A stretch of DNA of 32,000 nucleotides from Candidatus Saganbacteria bacterium (GTDB taxonomy: Bacteria; Margulisbacteria; WOR-1; JAKLHX01): assembly GCA_026387835.1 (NCBI GenBank), contig JAPLKZ010000013.1:30001-62000 (forward strand), in the 5' to 3' direction. Both the position numbers and the translations under genes were made by a program. Each line of letters begins with the position of its first letter. Positions within the stretch are counted from its first letter, which is position 1. Of this stretch, positions 1 to 8,506 are shown piece by piece. The notes under the pieces were generated by a model. It had not been told where the DNA came from. It saw nothing but the letters and a program-made list of their open reading frames with translations, and searched no databases.

Positions 1-509
1 CCGGGGCTGCCGCAGCCTTTACCTGGATGATAATAAGTTGGATACATAAACGTCCAAGTGTTCTTGGAATTTGCACAGGAGCTATAGTAGGGCTGGCTGC
101 AATAACACCGGCAGCGGGATTTGTAAGCCCGCTTTCGGCGATCGCTATAGGCTCGGTGGCAGCGATTATTTCGTATTATGCGATCATCATAAGGATGAAA
201 ACGAATCTGGACGATTCTCTCGATGTCTTTGCCTGCCACGGGATGGGAGGCATAACAGGGATGTTAGCTACAGGACTTTTAGCGGAAAAAGCAATAAACC
301 CTAACGGAGCGAACGGTTTATTTTTCGGGAATCCCGGACAATTCTATATCCAGCTGCTGGCAGTCGCGGTTATCGCAGTATTCTCGTTCACAGTAAGTTT
401 TACGCTCGCAAAGATCGTTGACGCGATGTTCTCCCTCAGGGCCACGGAGGATGAGGAAGAGATCGGCCTCGATCTTAGCCAGCACGGTGAAAGTGCTTAT
501 TCGATCTAA
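1..509 (+). CDS. amt: Ammonium transporter, Amt family (3' part only; 5' end lies outside the window)
   Basis: The frame is open from position 3 (GAAAAFTWMIISW...). Amt-like C-terminal segments: GICTGAIVGLAAITPAAGFVSP...DDSLDVFACHGMGGITGMLATG. It is directly followed by a P-II gene, the classic amt-glnK pairing. Confidence 0.93.
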   Translation, partial: GAAAAFTWMIISWIHKRPSVLGICTGAIVGLAAITPAAGFVSPLSAIAIGSVAAIISYYAIIIRMKTNLDDSLDVFACHGMGGITGMLATGLLAEKAINPNGANGLFFGNPGQFYIQLLAVAVIAVFSFTVSFTLAKIVDAMFSLRATEDEEEIGLDLSQHGESAYSI

Positions 510-529
510 AAAAATAGGAGGTGTTTAAG

Positions 530-874
530 ATGGGATTTAAAAAAATTGAGGCGATAATAAGGCCTGAAAAACTCGAAGATGTCAGGGTGGCACTTGAGGC
601 TGCGGGGTTCATTGGCATGACAGTTACCGAAGTTAAAGGAAGAGGCAGTCAAAAGGGAGTCGTCCTCGAATGGAGGGCGGGAGAGTACAGGGTCGAGTTC
701 CTCTCAAAATTGAAGATAGAGATCGTAGTGGACGAATTTGACTCGGAAAGGGCGGTAAAAGCGATAGAAGAAGCGGCCAGGACGGGGAAAACAGGGGATG
801 GCAAGATATTTTCATACGCGGTAGATAACATAGTCCGGGTCAGGACCGGGGAAAGGGGGAACAAAGCTCTGTAA
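530..874 (+). CDS. glnK: Nitrogen regulatory protein P-II (GlnK/GlnB family)
   Basis: Conserved MKKIEAIIRPEKLEDVRVAL...GMTVTEVKGRGSQKG...ARTGKTGDGKIF...RVRTGERG. The ORF track uses a GTG at 521, but the SD AGGAGG (517-522) is best spaced for the ATG at 530. Confidence 0.95.
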   Translation: MGFKKIEAIIRPEKLEDVRVALEAAGFIGMTVTEVKGRGSQKGVVLEWRAGEYRVEFLSKLKIEIVVDEFDSERAVKAIEEAARTGKTGDGKIFSYAVDNIVRVRTGERGNKAL

Positions 875-923
875 AGATAAATATCCCGCGCCCTTACAAA
901 TAAATAATAGGAGGAGAATTGAA

Positions 924-2258
924 ATGACGAGCAAAGAAGAGATATTAAAACAGGTTAAAGATAACAATATTGAATTTATTAGATTATGGTTCACTGATAT
1001 CAACGGTATCCTTAAAAGTTTCGCGATCGGACCAGATGAACTCGAGGGTGCGCTGACGCAGGGAATGGGCTTTGATGGATCGTCAATAACAGGGTTCCAG
1101 GACATCGAGGAATCAGACATGATAGCGATGCCGGACACGGAGACATTCGCTATTCTTCCATGGAGACCGCAGGAAACCCCGGTTGCAAGGATGATCTGTG
1201 ATATCTTCCAGCCTGCAGCCGGCAAGCACAAACCTTACGAAGGTGATCCGCGGTTTATTTTAAAAAGGGCATTGGAGAAGATGAATAAAATGGGTTTCGA
1301 TCATTTTTATGTGGGACCCGAGCTCGAATATTTTTATTTCAAAAACTCCGAAGGTACCGAGATCCTGGACCAGGGCGGATATTTTGATCTTACTCCGCTT
1401 GATATGGCATCTGACCTGAGGCGTGATACCATCAAAGCGCTGAGAAGGCTTGGCGTGGTAATAGAATATTCCCACCATGAGGTCGCTCCTTCACAGCATG
1501 AGATAGATATGAGATATGCCGACGCGCTGAAGATGGCGGACAATACGGTCACATACAAGCTGACCGTAAAAGAGATCGCATCAATGCATGGAGTATACGC
1601 TACTTTCATGCCGAAACCGATCTTCGGGCAGAACGGGAGCGGCATGCATGTCCACCAGTCGCTGTTCAAGGGAAAATCAAATGCCTTTTATGATGCAAAT
1701 GACAAGTACAATCTGTCAGATATAGCAAAATCATATATCGCCGGCATCTTGAAACACGCGCCTGAAATGATATCGATACTTGCTCCGGGGGTGAATTCAT
1801 ATAAAAGACTGGTGCCAGGGTTTGAAGCTCCTGTGTATATCGCCTGGTCAAGGCGCAACAGGTCGGCTCTTGTCAGGGTTCCCATGTACCAGCCGGGCAA
1901 AGAAGTGGCGACCAGGATGGAATTGAGATGTCCTGATCCATCGGGAAACCCATACCTTCAATTCGCGGTCATGTTACAGGCCGGCTTAAAAGGGATCCAA
2001 GAAGGTTATAAACTTCCTGAGCCGATGGAACTTAACCTGTATCATCTGAGCGATGAAGAAAGGGCGGAGCGCGGAATAAAATCTCTTCCTGCAAGCCTCG
2101 GCGAAGCCATCGCAATAACGGAAAAGAGCGAGCTTGTCAAAGAAGCTCTTGGCAAACACACATTTGAAAGATTCATAACTGTAAAAAAACAGGAATGGGA
2201 TGATTTCAGGATCCAGGTCACGGAGTATGAAATAAAGAGGTATTTGCCGATATTATAA
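924..2258 (+). CDS. glnA: Glutamine synthetase type I (short GS-I, alpha-like)
   Basis: 444 aa. Motifs: MGFDGSSITGFQDIEESDM, GPELEYF, HHEVAPSQHEID, GSGMHVHQSL, NSYKRLVPGFEAPVYIAWSRRNRSALVR. SD ggagg upstream. Confidence 0.98.
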   Translation: MTSKEEILKQVKDNNIEFIRLWFTDINGILKSFAIGPDELEGALTQGMGFDGSSITGFQDIEESDMIAMPDTETFAILPWRPQETPVARMICDIFQPAAGKHKPYEGDPRFILKRALEKMNKMGFDHFYVGPELEYFYFKNSEGTEILDQGGYFDLTPLDMASDLRRDTIKALRRLGVVIEYSHHEVAPSQHEIDMRYADALKMADNTVTYKLTVKEIASMHGVYATFMPKPIFGQNGSGMHVHQSLFKGKSNAFYDANDKYNLSDIAKSYIAGILKHAPEMISILAPGVNSYKRLVPGFEAPVYIAWSRRNRSALVRVPMYQPGKEVATRMELRCPDPSGNPYLQFAVMLQAGLKGIQEGYKLPEPMELNLYHLSDEERAERGIKSLPASLGEAIAITEKSELVKEALGKHTFERFITVKKQEWDDFRIQVTEYEIKRYLPIL

Positions 2259-2261
2259 GTT

Positions 2262-2298
2262 AAAATAAGGCGGGGCGGCTGTCGTCCCGCCTATTTAT
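2262..2298 (+). terminator. Stem-loop between glnA and the Fis-like ORF (possible terminator/attenuator or mRNA-processing element)
   Basis: GGCGGG (2269-2274) pairs with CCCGCC (2286-2291), flanked by partly complementary AAATAA/TTATTT-type sequence. There is no clean T-tract. Confidence 0.4.
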
Positions 2299-2332
2299 TC
2301 AGTATCGATGCGTGAAAAATAGGCAAAAGAAC

Positions 2333-2551
2333 ATGAAAATCGACGAAATAAAAAAAGACCTTAATGAGATGTTCTTTATCGAATACAGGGGAAAAATATA
2401 CAAAACTCTTGTGGAAGCGCTGGAAAAACAGATGTTTGAAGCGACGCTCGATTATACGAACGGGAACAAGCTCAAATCCGCGAGAGTTTTAGGGATAAAC
2501 AGAAATACGCTTTCTGCAAAGCTGAAAAAGTTAGGGCTGTGGAGGATTTGA
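2333..2551 (+). CDS. Small stand-alone Fis-type helix-turn-helix DNA-binding protein (~72 aa)
   Basis: The C-terminus ATLDYTNGNKLKSARVLGINRNTLSAKLKKLGL matches the Fis / NtrC C-terminal HTH pattern (..GN.t.AA..LGInR.TLr.KLk..gl). An upstream GTG (2312) or the ATG at 2333 could be the start. The TGA ends immediately before the gltB ATG. Confidence 0.8.
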   Translation: MKIDEIKKDLNEMFFIEYRGKIYKTLVEALEKQMFEATLDYTNGNKLKSARVLGINRNTLSAKLKKLGLWRI

Positions 2552-5500
2552 ATGCCATACCCCATTAAACAAGCGGGACTTTATGACAGCTCTTTTGAGC
2601 ATGACAGCTGCGGTGTCGGGTTTGTCTGCAATATCAAAGGGATAAAATCACACGAGATGATCGAAAAGGGCATCGAAGTCCTTGAAAGATTGAGCCACAG
2701 GGGCGCGGTAGGCGCGGACCCAAAGACAGGGGACGGTGCCGGCATACTGATCCAGCTGCCTTACGAATATTTCAAGGATGAGTTTGAAAAAGAGGGCAAA
2801 AAGATCCCGTCACACGAGAAGTTCGCTGCCGGGATAATATTTTTACCGGCCGGCAGTAACGACAGGTTATTCTGCGAAGAAAATATCGAGAGGCTTCTAA
2901 AAGAACAATCTCTGGATTTTTTGGGTTTTAAAGAAGTTCCTGTTGATGATTCAGCAATAGGCCGTACCGCAAAAAAAACACAACCGGTCATAAAATATCT
3001 GTTTACCGGTGCCGGAAGGGGCACTGCAAGCAGGCAGCATTTCGAGGTAAAACTCTATATTGCAAGAAAAAAGATAGAGAATTTCATAAGGAACAGCGGG
3101 ATCACACAAAAAGATTCTTTCTACATAGTCAGCCTTTCCTCGAAGACCATCTGCTACAAAGGACTCCTGATGCCTAAGCAGATAAAGGATTTCTTTCCGG
3201 AATTAAAAGACAAGAGGATAAAATCCTGCCTGGCGCTGGTCCATTCAAGATACAGCACAAATACGTTCCCGACCTGGGACCTTGCGCAGCCGTTCAGGTT
3301 CCTTGCTCATAACGGCGAGATAAATACTCTGCGCGGGAATATAAACTGGATGAACACCAGGGAAAAGTTGTTCGAAAGCAGGGTATTCGGAGATGATATT
3401 AAAGAAATACTGCCGGCGGTCGTCCCTGGCGGCAGCGATTCGGCGTCTTTTGACAATGTGTTTGAGCTTTTGGTCGTTGCGGGGAGGTCTCTTCCTCACG
3501 TGATGATGATGCTAATCCCGGCGGTCTGGCAAAAGAACGAACTTATAAAAAAAGAACACAGGGACTTTTATAAATACCATTCCTGCATGATGGAGCCGTG
3601 GGACGGGCCGGCCGCGATCTGTTTTACGGACGGGGAAATAATCGGAGGAATACTGGACCGTAACGGTCTCAGGCCCTGCAGGTATGTGATAACAAAAGAT
3701 GACTTTGTTGTGATGGCTTCGGAAGTCGGAGTGCTTGATATTCCGGCTGATAGAGTTGTGGAAAAAGGAAAGCTTTCTCCCGGGAAAATGTTCCTTGTGG
3801 ACACGGTCGCGGGAAAGATAATCGATGACAAAAAAATAAAGGATGAAATATCGTCAAGAAAGCCTTACGGTAAATGGCTTGAAGAAAACCTGGTGCATTT
3901 GGATCAAATAAAAACTCCTTCAGATAACGGCAAAGAAAAAGCAACCGACCTGTTTAAACTCCAAAAAGCGGCAGGCTATACAAGGGAAGATCTTAAGTTC
4001 ATTCTTAAGCCGATGATAGAAAAAGGTCAGGAGCCCATCGGCTCCATGGGGAATGACATCCCGTATGCGGTGCTTTCGGAAAGACCGCAGATGCTGTTCT
4101 CTTATTTCAAGCAGTTGTTCGCCCAGGTGACGAACCCCGCGATAGATCCGATCCGGGAAGAACTGGTCATGTCCCTTGAAAGTGCAATCGGACCGCAGCA
4201 GAACCTCCTTTCAGAGGGGCATCTTCATTGCAGAAAGTTGAACGTGATAAACCCGATCCTGACCGATGAAGAGCTTAGAAAGATAAAAAGTATCGATGTG
4301 AACGGCCTGAAGTCAAAGACAATATCTTTGCTCTTTGATCCGGAAATAGCCGGCTCGTTCAAATCGGCGATAGACCGCGTCTGCAACGAAGCGTTGCAGG
4401 TAATAGACGAAGGCTATTCTTTGCTGATATTGAGCGATAAAGGGGTCAATAAAAAGAAAGCGGCAATACCTTCTCTTCTTGCGATGGGTGCGGTGCAACA
4501 CCATCTTATAAGGCAGGGAGCAAGATCAAAAGCTGCCATCATTATCGAAAGCATGGAGCCGAGGGAAGTGATGCATTTTGCTCTTCTGTTCGGCTTTGGC
4601 GCTGACTGTGTTAACCCATATCTGGCGTATGAGGTCGTCGATCAGATCGTAAACGAGGAAAAACTCGATGTCACGCTTGAGAACGCAAAAAAGAACTTCA
4701 TAAAAGCGATCGAAAAAGGAATATTGAAAGTCCTTTCAAAGATGGGGATATCTTTGCTTGACAGTTACCGCGGGGCCCAGATATTTGAAGCGGTCGGTCT
4801 GGGCAGCGAGGTGATCTACAGATATTTTTTCGGTACCGTATCAAGGATAGGCGGCATAAACACGGATATTATCGAAAAAGAAACAGTCATGCGGCACAAT
4901 TCTGCTTTTGGACAGGAAACGGAGATGCAGATCCTTCCCTCGGGCGGCATCTACCAGTGGCGGCAGGACGGGGAATTCCATTTGTTGAGTCCCGCGGCAA
5001 TATGCAGCTTCCAGCAGGCTGTAAGGAATAATGATCCTGTAAAATACCGGGAGTTTGCCGATCTGGTAAACGACCAGAAAGGTCATCTTTGCACTTTAAG
5101 AAGCGCCCTGAAATTCAAAGAACAGGCTGCTGTAGCGATCAACGAAGTAGAGAGTGCGAGCGAGATCGTAAAAAGGTTTGTGACAGGCGCGATGAGCTAT
5201 GGTTCCGTCAGCAAGGAAGTTCACGAAACGATAGCCATCGTGATGAACCGTCTCGGAGCAAGATCCAACAGCGGTGAGGGTGGAGAGGACCCCGCAAGAT
5301 TCAAACCGCTTGCCAACGGTGACAGCAAAAGGAGCGCGATAAAACAGGTCGCTTCGGGCAGGTTCGGGGTTACGAGCAATTATCTTGTGAACGCGGATGA
5401 ACTTCAGATCAAAATAGCACAGGGAGCAAAACCCGGGGAGGGAGGCCAGCTTCCCGGACATAAAGTCAATGCCGTTATCGCCAGGATACGGTATTCGGTC

Positions 5501-7063
5501 CCGGGGGTCACACTGATATCACCGCCTCCGCACCACGACATCTATTCAATAGAAGATCTGGCGCAGTTGATATTTGATCTTAAGAACGCAAATCCGGAGG
5601 CGAGGGTGAGCGTAAAACTTGTTTCAGAGACAGGAGTAGGGACGATCGCTGCCGGTGTCGCAAAAGGACATGCCGATATGATACTCATCTCCGGCGGTGA
5701 CGGCGGCACGGGTGCGTCACCTCTAAGTTCCATAAAGCATGCCGGGCTGCCGTGGGAACTCGGGCTGGCAGAAACGCATCAGACGCTGGTGCTTAACAAT
5801 CTCAGGAGCAGAGTAAAGCTGCAGACTGACGGCCAACTGCGCACGGGGCGCGATATTGTAATGGCTGCGATACTCGGAGCTGACGAGTTTGGTTTTGCTA
5901 CACCTGCCCTTATGACGATGGGATGCGTGATGCTTAGGCATTGTCATCTTAACAATTGTTCGGTAGGTATAGCGACCCAGGATGAGGCCCTCAGAAAAAG
6001 GTTTGCGGGCAAACCGGAATATCTGGAGAACTATCTTAAGTTCGTTGCGGAAGAAGCAAGGGCGATAATGGCGCAGCTTGGGGTCAGAAAGATCGACGAG
6101 CTTGTCGGAAGGACGGACCTCCTGGAGATCGACGAAAATCTGCTTAACTGGAAAAGCAAAAATATCGACTATTCAAAGATCCTGTTCAAGCCGGACATGC
6201 AGATAAACGGGCCAAGGTTGCAGGACCACGGACTAAAAAATGTCATTGATAAAATACTCATAGAAAAATGCGATACGGCGATAGAAAAAAGGCAAAATAT
6301 TACTTTAGAAATGACGCTAAAAAATCACAACAGGACGGTGGGTACGATGCTCAGCTCCAGGATCTCAAAAAAATGGGGGGAAGAAGGTCTCCCCGATGAC
6401 ACTATAAGACTTAAATTCAAGGGGAGTTCAGGACAGAGCTTTGGGGCTTTTCTCGCAAAGGGGGTCACGTTGGAGCTTGAGGGTGAATGCAATGATTATG
6501 TCGGCAAAGGACTTTCGGGCGGGAAGATCATCGTTTATCCTGACAGATCATCCAGGTTCGATGCCAAAGAAAATATCGTGATCGGCAACACGGCTTTTTA
6601 CGGAGCCACGGGAGGAGATGCTTACATAAGAGGCATTGCTGGAGAAAGATTCTGTGTAAGGAATTCCGGTATTTATGCGGTAGTCGAAGGGATCGGGGAC
6701 CACGGCTGTGAGTACATGACGGGCGGCCGCGTGGCGATACTCGGAAAGACGGGAAGGAATTTTGCCGCCGGGATGTCCGGCGGAATAGCTTATGTATATG
6801 ATATCGACGGAAAATTCGCTCAAAGGTGCAATACAGCGATGGTAGAGCTCAGTATGCCGTCCGTCAGAGATGAATCGATCTTAATGTATCTTCTGGAAAA
6901 CCATTACAAATATACCAGAAGTGATGTCGCGAAAAAGATCCTCGATAATTTTTCCGAGGAAATAAAAAGGATCATACGCGTCATACCGAAAGAATACAAA
7001 TCCATACTTATAGCTGACGGCACTTATAAATATGAAGAAACACCGCCGGATCCGGAAGGGTAG
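2552..7063 (+). CDS. gltB: Glutamate synthase large subunit
   Basis: 1503 aa. Class-II glutaminase start after a short propeptide (HDSCGVGFVCNIKG), LAHNGEINTLRGN, PGEGGQLPGHKV, VSVKLVSETGVGTIAAGVAKGHADMILISGGDGGTGASPLSSIKHAGLPWELG, and a C-terminal GXGXG-rich domain. Confidence 0.98.
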   Translation: MPYPIKQAGLYDSSFEHDSCGVGFVCNIKGIKSHEMIEKGIEVLERLSHRGAVGADPKTGDGAGILIQLPYEYFKDEFEKEGKKIPSHEKFAAGIIFLPAGSNDRLFCEENIERLLKEQSLDFLGFKEVPVDDSAIGRTAKKTQPVIKYLFTGAGRGTASRQHFEVKLYIARKKIENFIRNSGITQKDSFYIVSLSSKTICYKGLLMPKQIKDFFPELKDKRIKSCLALVHSRYSTNTFPTWDLAQPFRFLAHNGEINTLRGNINWMNTREKLFESRVFGDDIKEILPAVVPGGSDSASFDNVFELLVVAGRSLPHVMMMLIPAVWQKNELIKKEHRDFYKYHSCMMEPWDGPAAICFTDGEIIGGILDRNGLRPCRYVITKDDFVVMASEVGVLDIPADRVVEKGKLSPGKMFLVDTVAGKIIDDKKIKDEISSRKPYGKWLEENLVHLDQIKTPSDNGKEKATDLFKLQKAAGYTREDLKFILKPMIEKGQEPIGSMGNDIPYAVLSERPQMLFSYFKQLFAQVTNPAIDPIREELVMSLESAIGPQQNLLSEGHLHCRKLNVINPILTDEELRKIKSIDVNGLKSKTISLLFDPEIAGSFKSAIDRVCNEALQVIDEGYSLLILSDKGVNKKKAAIPSLLAMGAVQHHLIRQGARSKAAIIIESMEPREVMHFALLFGFGADCVNPYLAYEVVDQIVNEEKLDVTLENAKKNFIKAIEKGILKVLSKMGISLLDSYRGAQIFEAVGLGSEVIYRYFFGTVSRIGGINTDIIEKETVMRHNSAFGQETEMQILPSGGIYQWRQDGEFHLLSPAAICSFQQAVRNNDPVKYREFADLVNDQKGHLCTLRSALKFKEQAAVAINEVESASEIVKRFVTGAMSYGSVSKEVHETIAIVMNRLGARSNSGEGGEDPARFKPLANGDSKRSAIKQVASGRFGVTSNYLVNADELQIKIAQGAKPGEGGQLPGHKVNAVIARIRYSVPGVTLISPPPHHDIYSIEDLAQLIFDLKNANPEARVSVKLVSETGVGTIAAGVAKGHADMILISGGDGGTGASPLSSIKHAGLPWELGLAETHQTLVLNNLRSRVKLQTDGQLRTGRDIVMAAILGADEFGFATPALMTMGCVMLRHCHLNNCSVGIATQDEALRKRFAGKPEYLENYLKFVAEEARAIMAQLGVRKIDELVGRTDLLEIDENLLNWKSKNIDYSKILFKPDMQINGPRLQDHGLKNVIDKILIEKCDTAIEKRQNITLEMTLKNHNRTVGTMLSSRISKKWGEEGLPDDTIRLKFKGSSGQSFGAFLAKGVTLELEGECNDYVGKGLSGGKIIVYPDRSSRFDAKENIVIGNTAFYGATGGDAYIRGIAGERFCVRNSGIYAVVEGIGDHGCEYMTGGRVAILGKTGRNFAAGMSGGIAYVYDIDGKFAQRCNTAMVELSMPSVRDESILMYLLENHYKYTRSDVAKKILDNFSEEIKRIIRVIPKEYKSILIADGTYKYEETPPDPEG

Positions 7064-7075
7064 GAGAAGATAAAA

Positions 7076-8506
7076 ATGGGAGACCCCAAAGGTTTTTTAA
7101 CGACAAAAAGGGAGAGCTGTTCTTTGCGGAGCGTGAAAGAGCGGGTTTCCGACTATAAAGAGGTCTTTCAGATGCGTGAAAGCGATTGCTCAAGATCTCA
7201 GGCTTCACGCTGCATGGACTGCGGGACGCCTTTTTGCCACGTATCCTGCCCGATATCAAACATAATTCCCGAGTGGAACGATCTTTTGTTCCGCGGGATG
7301 TCGGAAGAAGCATTCAAAATGCTTTCGGCTACTAACTGTCTGCCGGAAGTCACGGGCAGGGTATGCCCTGCGCCTTGTGAATACGGATGCGTACTCGGGA
7401 TAAACGACGACCCCGTCACTATACGCGAGAACGAGCTGGCGATAATAGAAGAAGCTTTTTCAAACGGGATAATAAAGGCAGATCCTCCAAAGAAAAGAAC
7501 AGGGAAGAAAGTTGCTGTCATAGGTTCCGGCCCGTCCGGACTTTCAGCCGCTTATCATCTGAACAAGTCCGGCCACACAGTTGTCGTCTTTGAGAGAGAT
7601 GATAAGGCCGGAGGTATCATGAGATACGGAATTCCCGACTTCAAGCTATCAAAAGATATCCTGGACAGGAGGATCGGACTTTTTAAACAGGAAGGCATAG
7701 AGTTCAGGACAAATATAAATATAGGCGAGGACATCCCGGCGGCAAAACTGCTGAAAGAGTTTGATGCGGTATGCCTTGCCTGCGGGTCAAGGACTCCGCG
7801 GGACCTTAATGTCGAAGGAAGAGACCTCAAAAGCATATGTTTTGCGATGGATTATCTTATACAATCCAATAAAAAAGTCGAAGGTCATAGTATCGATGAA
7901 AAAGGAATTATCGATGCAAAAGGTAAGAATGTTATCGTTATCGGCGGCGGAGATACCGGTTCAGACTGTGTGGGAACAGCCAACAGGCAGGGCGCAAAAA
8001 GCGTGGTACAGATAGAACTTCTCCAAAAGCCGCTTCAGTGCAGGCTTGACAGCCAGCCGTGGCCGCAGTACCCGACATTATTAAAAACCACCTCGAGCCA
8101 TGAAGAGGGATGCGAAAGGCAGTGGAGCGTCATGACAAAAAAATTATCAGGCAGCAACGGCATTGTCAAAAAGCTCCATGCCATGCTTGTTGATTTTTCG
8201 AATACCGATCAAAAGGGATGCAGAATAATGCAGGAAGTCCCAGGTTCGGATTTTGAAATAGATGCGGATATGGTCATTTTGGCCCTCGGGTTTCTCCATA
8301 CTGAAAAGGGGAAACTGCTGGACGAGCTCGGTATCGAATTTGATCCTAGAGGTAACGTGAAGACAGACGCGGATAATATGACCTCCGTTAAAGGAATCTT
8401 TTCTGCGGGAGATATGAGGAGGGGGCAGTCGCTCGTTGTCTGGGCGATCGATGAAGGGAGAAGGGCCGCTGAAAGCATCAATTCTTTTCTAAAGGATAGA
8501 AAATGA
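7076..8506 (+). CDS. gltD: Glutamate synthase small subunit (NAD(P)H-dependent)
   Basis: CMDCGTPFCHVSCPISNIIPEWND, GRVCPAPCEYGC, VAVIGSGPSGLSAAYHL, VIVIGGGDTGSDCVGTANRQGA. SD-like aggaga before the ATG. Confidence 0.97.
   Translation: MGDPKGFLTTKRESCSLRSVKERVSDYKEVFQMRESDCSRSQASRCMDCGTPFCHVSCPISNIIPEWNDLLFRGMSEEAFKMLSATNCLPEVTGRVCPAPCEYGCVLGINDDPVTIRENELAIIEEAFSNGIIKADPPKKRTGKKVAVIGSGPSGLSAAYHLNKSGHTVVVFERDDKAGGIMRYGIPDFKLSKDILDRRIGLFKQEGIEFRTNINIGEDIPAAKLLKEFDAVCLACGSRTPRDLNVEGRDLKSICFAMDYLIQSNKKVEGHSIDEKGIIDAKGKNVIVIGGGDTGSDCVGTANRQGAKSVVQIELLQKPLQCRLDSQPWPQYPTLLKTTSSHEEGCERQWSVMTKKLSGSNGIVKKLHAMLVDFSNTDQKGCRIMQEVPGSDFEIDADMVILALGFLHTEKGKLLDELGIEFDPRGNVKTDADNMTSVKGIFSAGDMRRGQSLVVWAIDEGRRAAESINSFLKDRK

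Noticed and set aside
1334-1900. Antisense ORFs opposite glnA (e.g. 111-aa and 70-aa)
   Set aside because: They lie entirely within a highly conserved gene on the other strand, with no SD or recognisable protein features. They are shadow ORFs of a codon-biased gene. The same applies to antisense ORFs in gltB, gltD, dnaG and ppdK.
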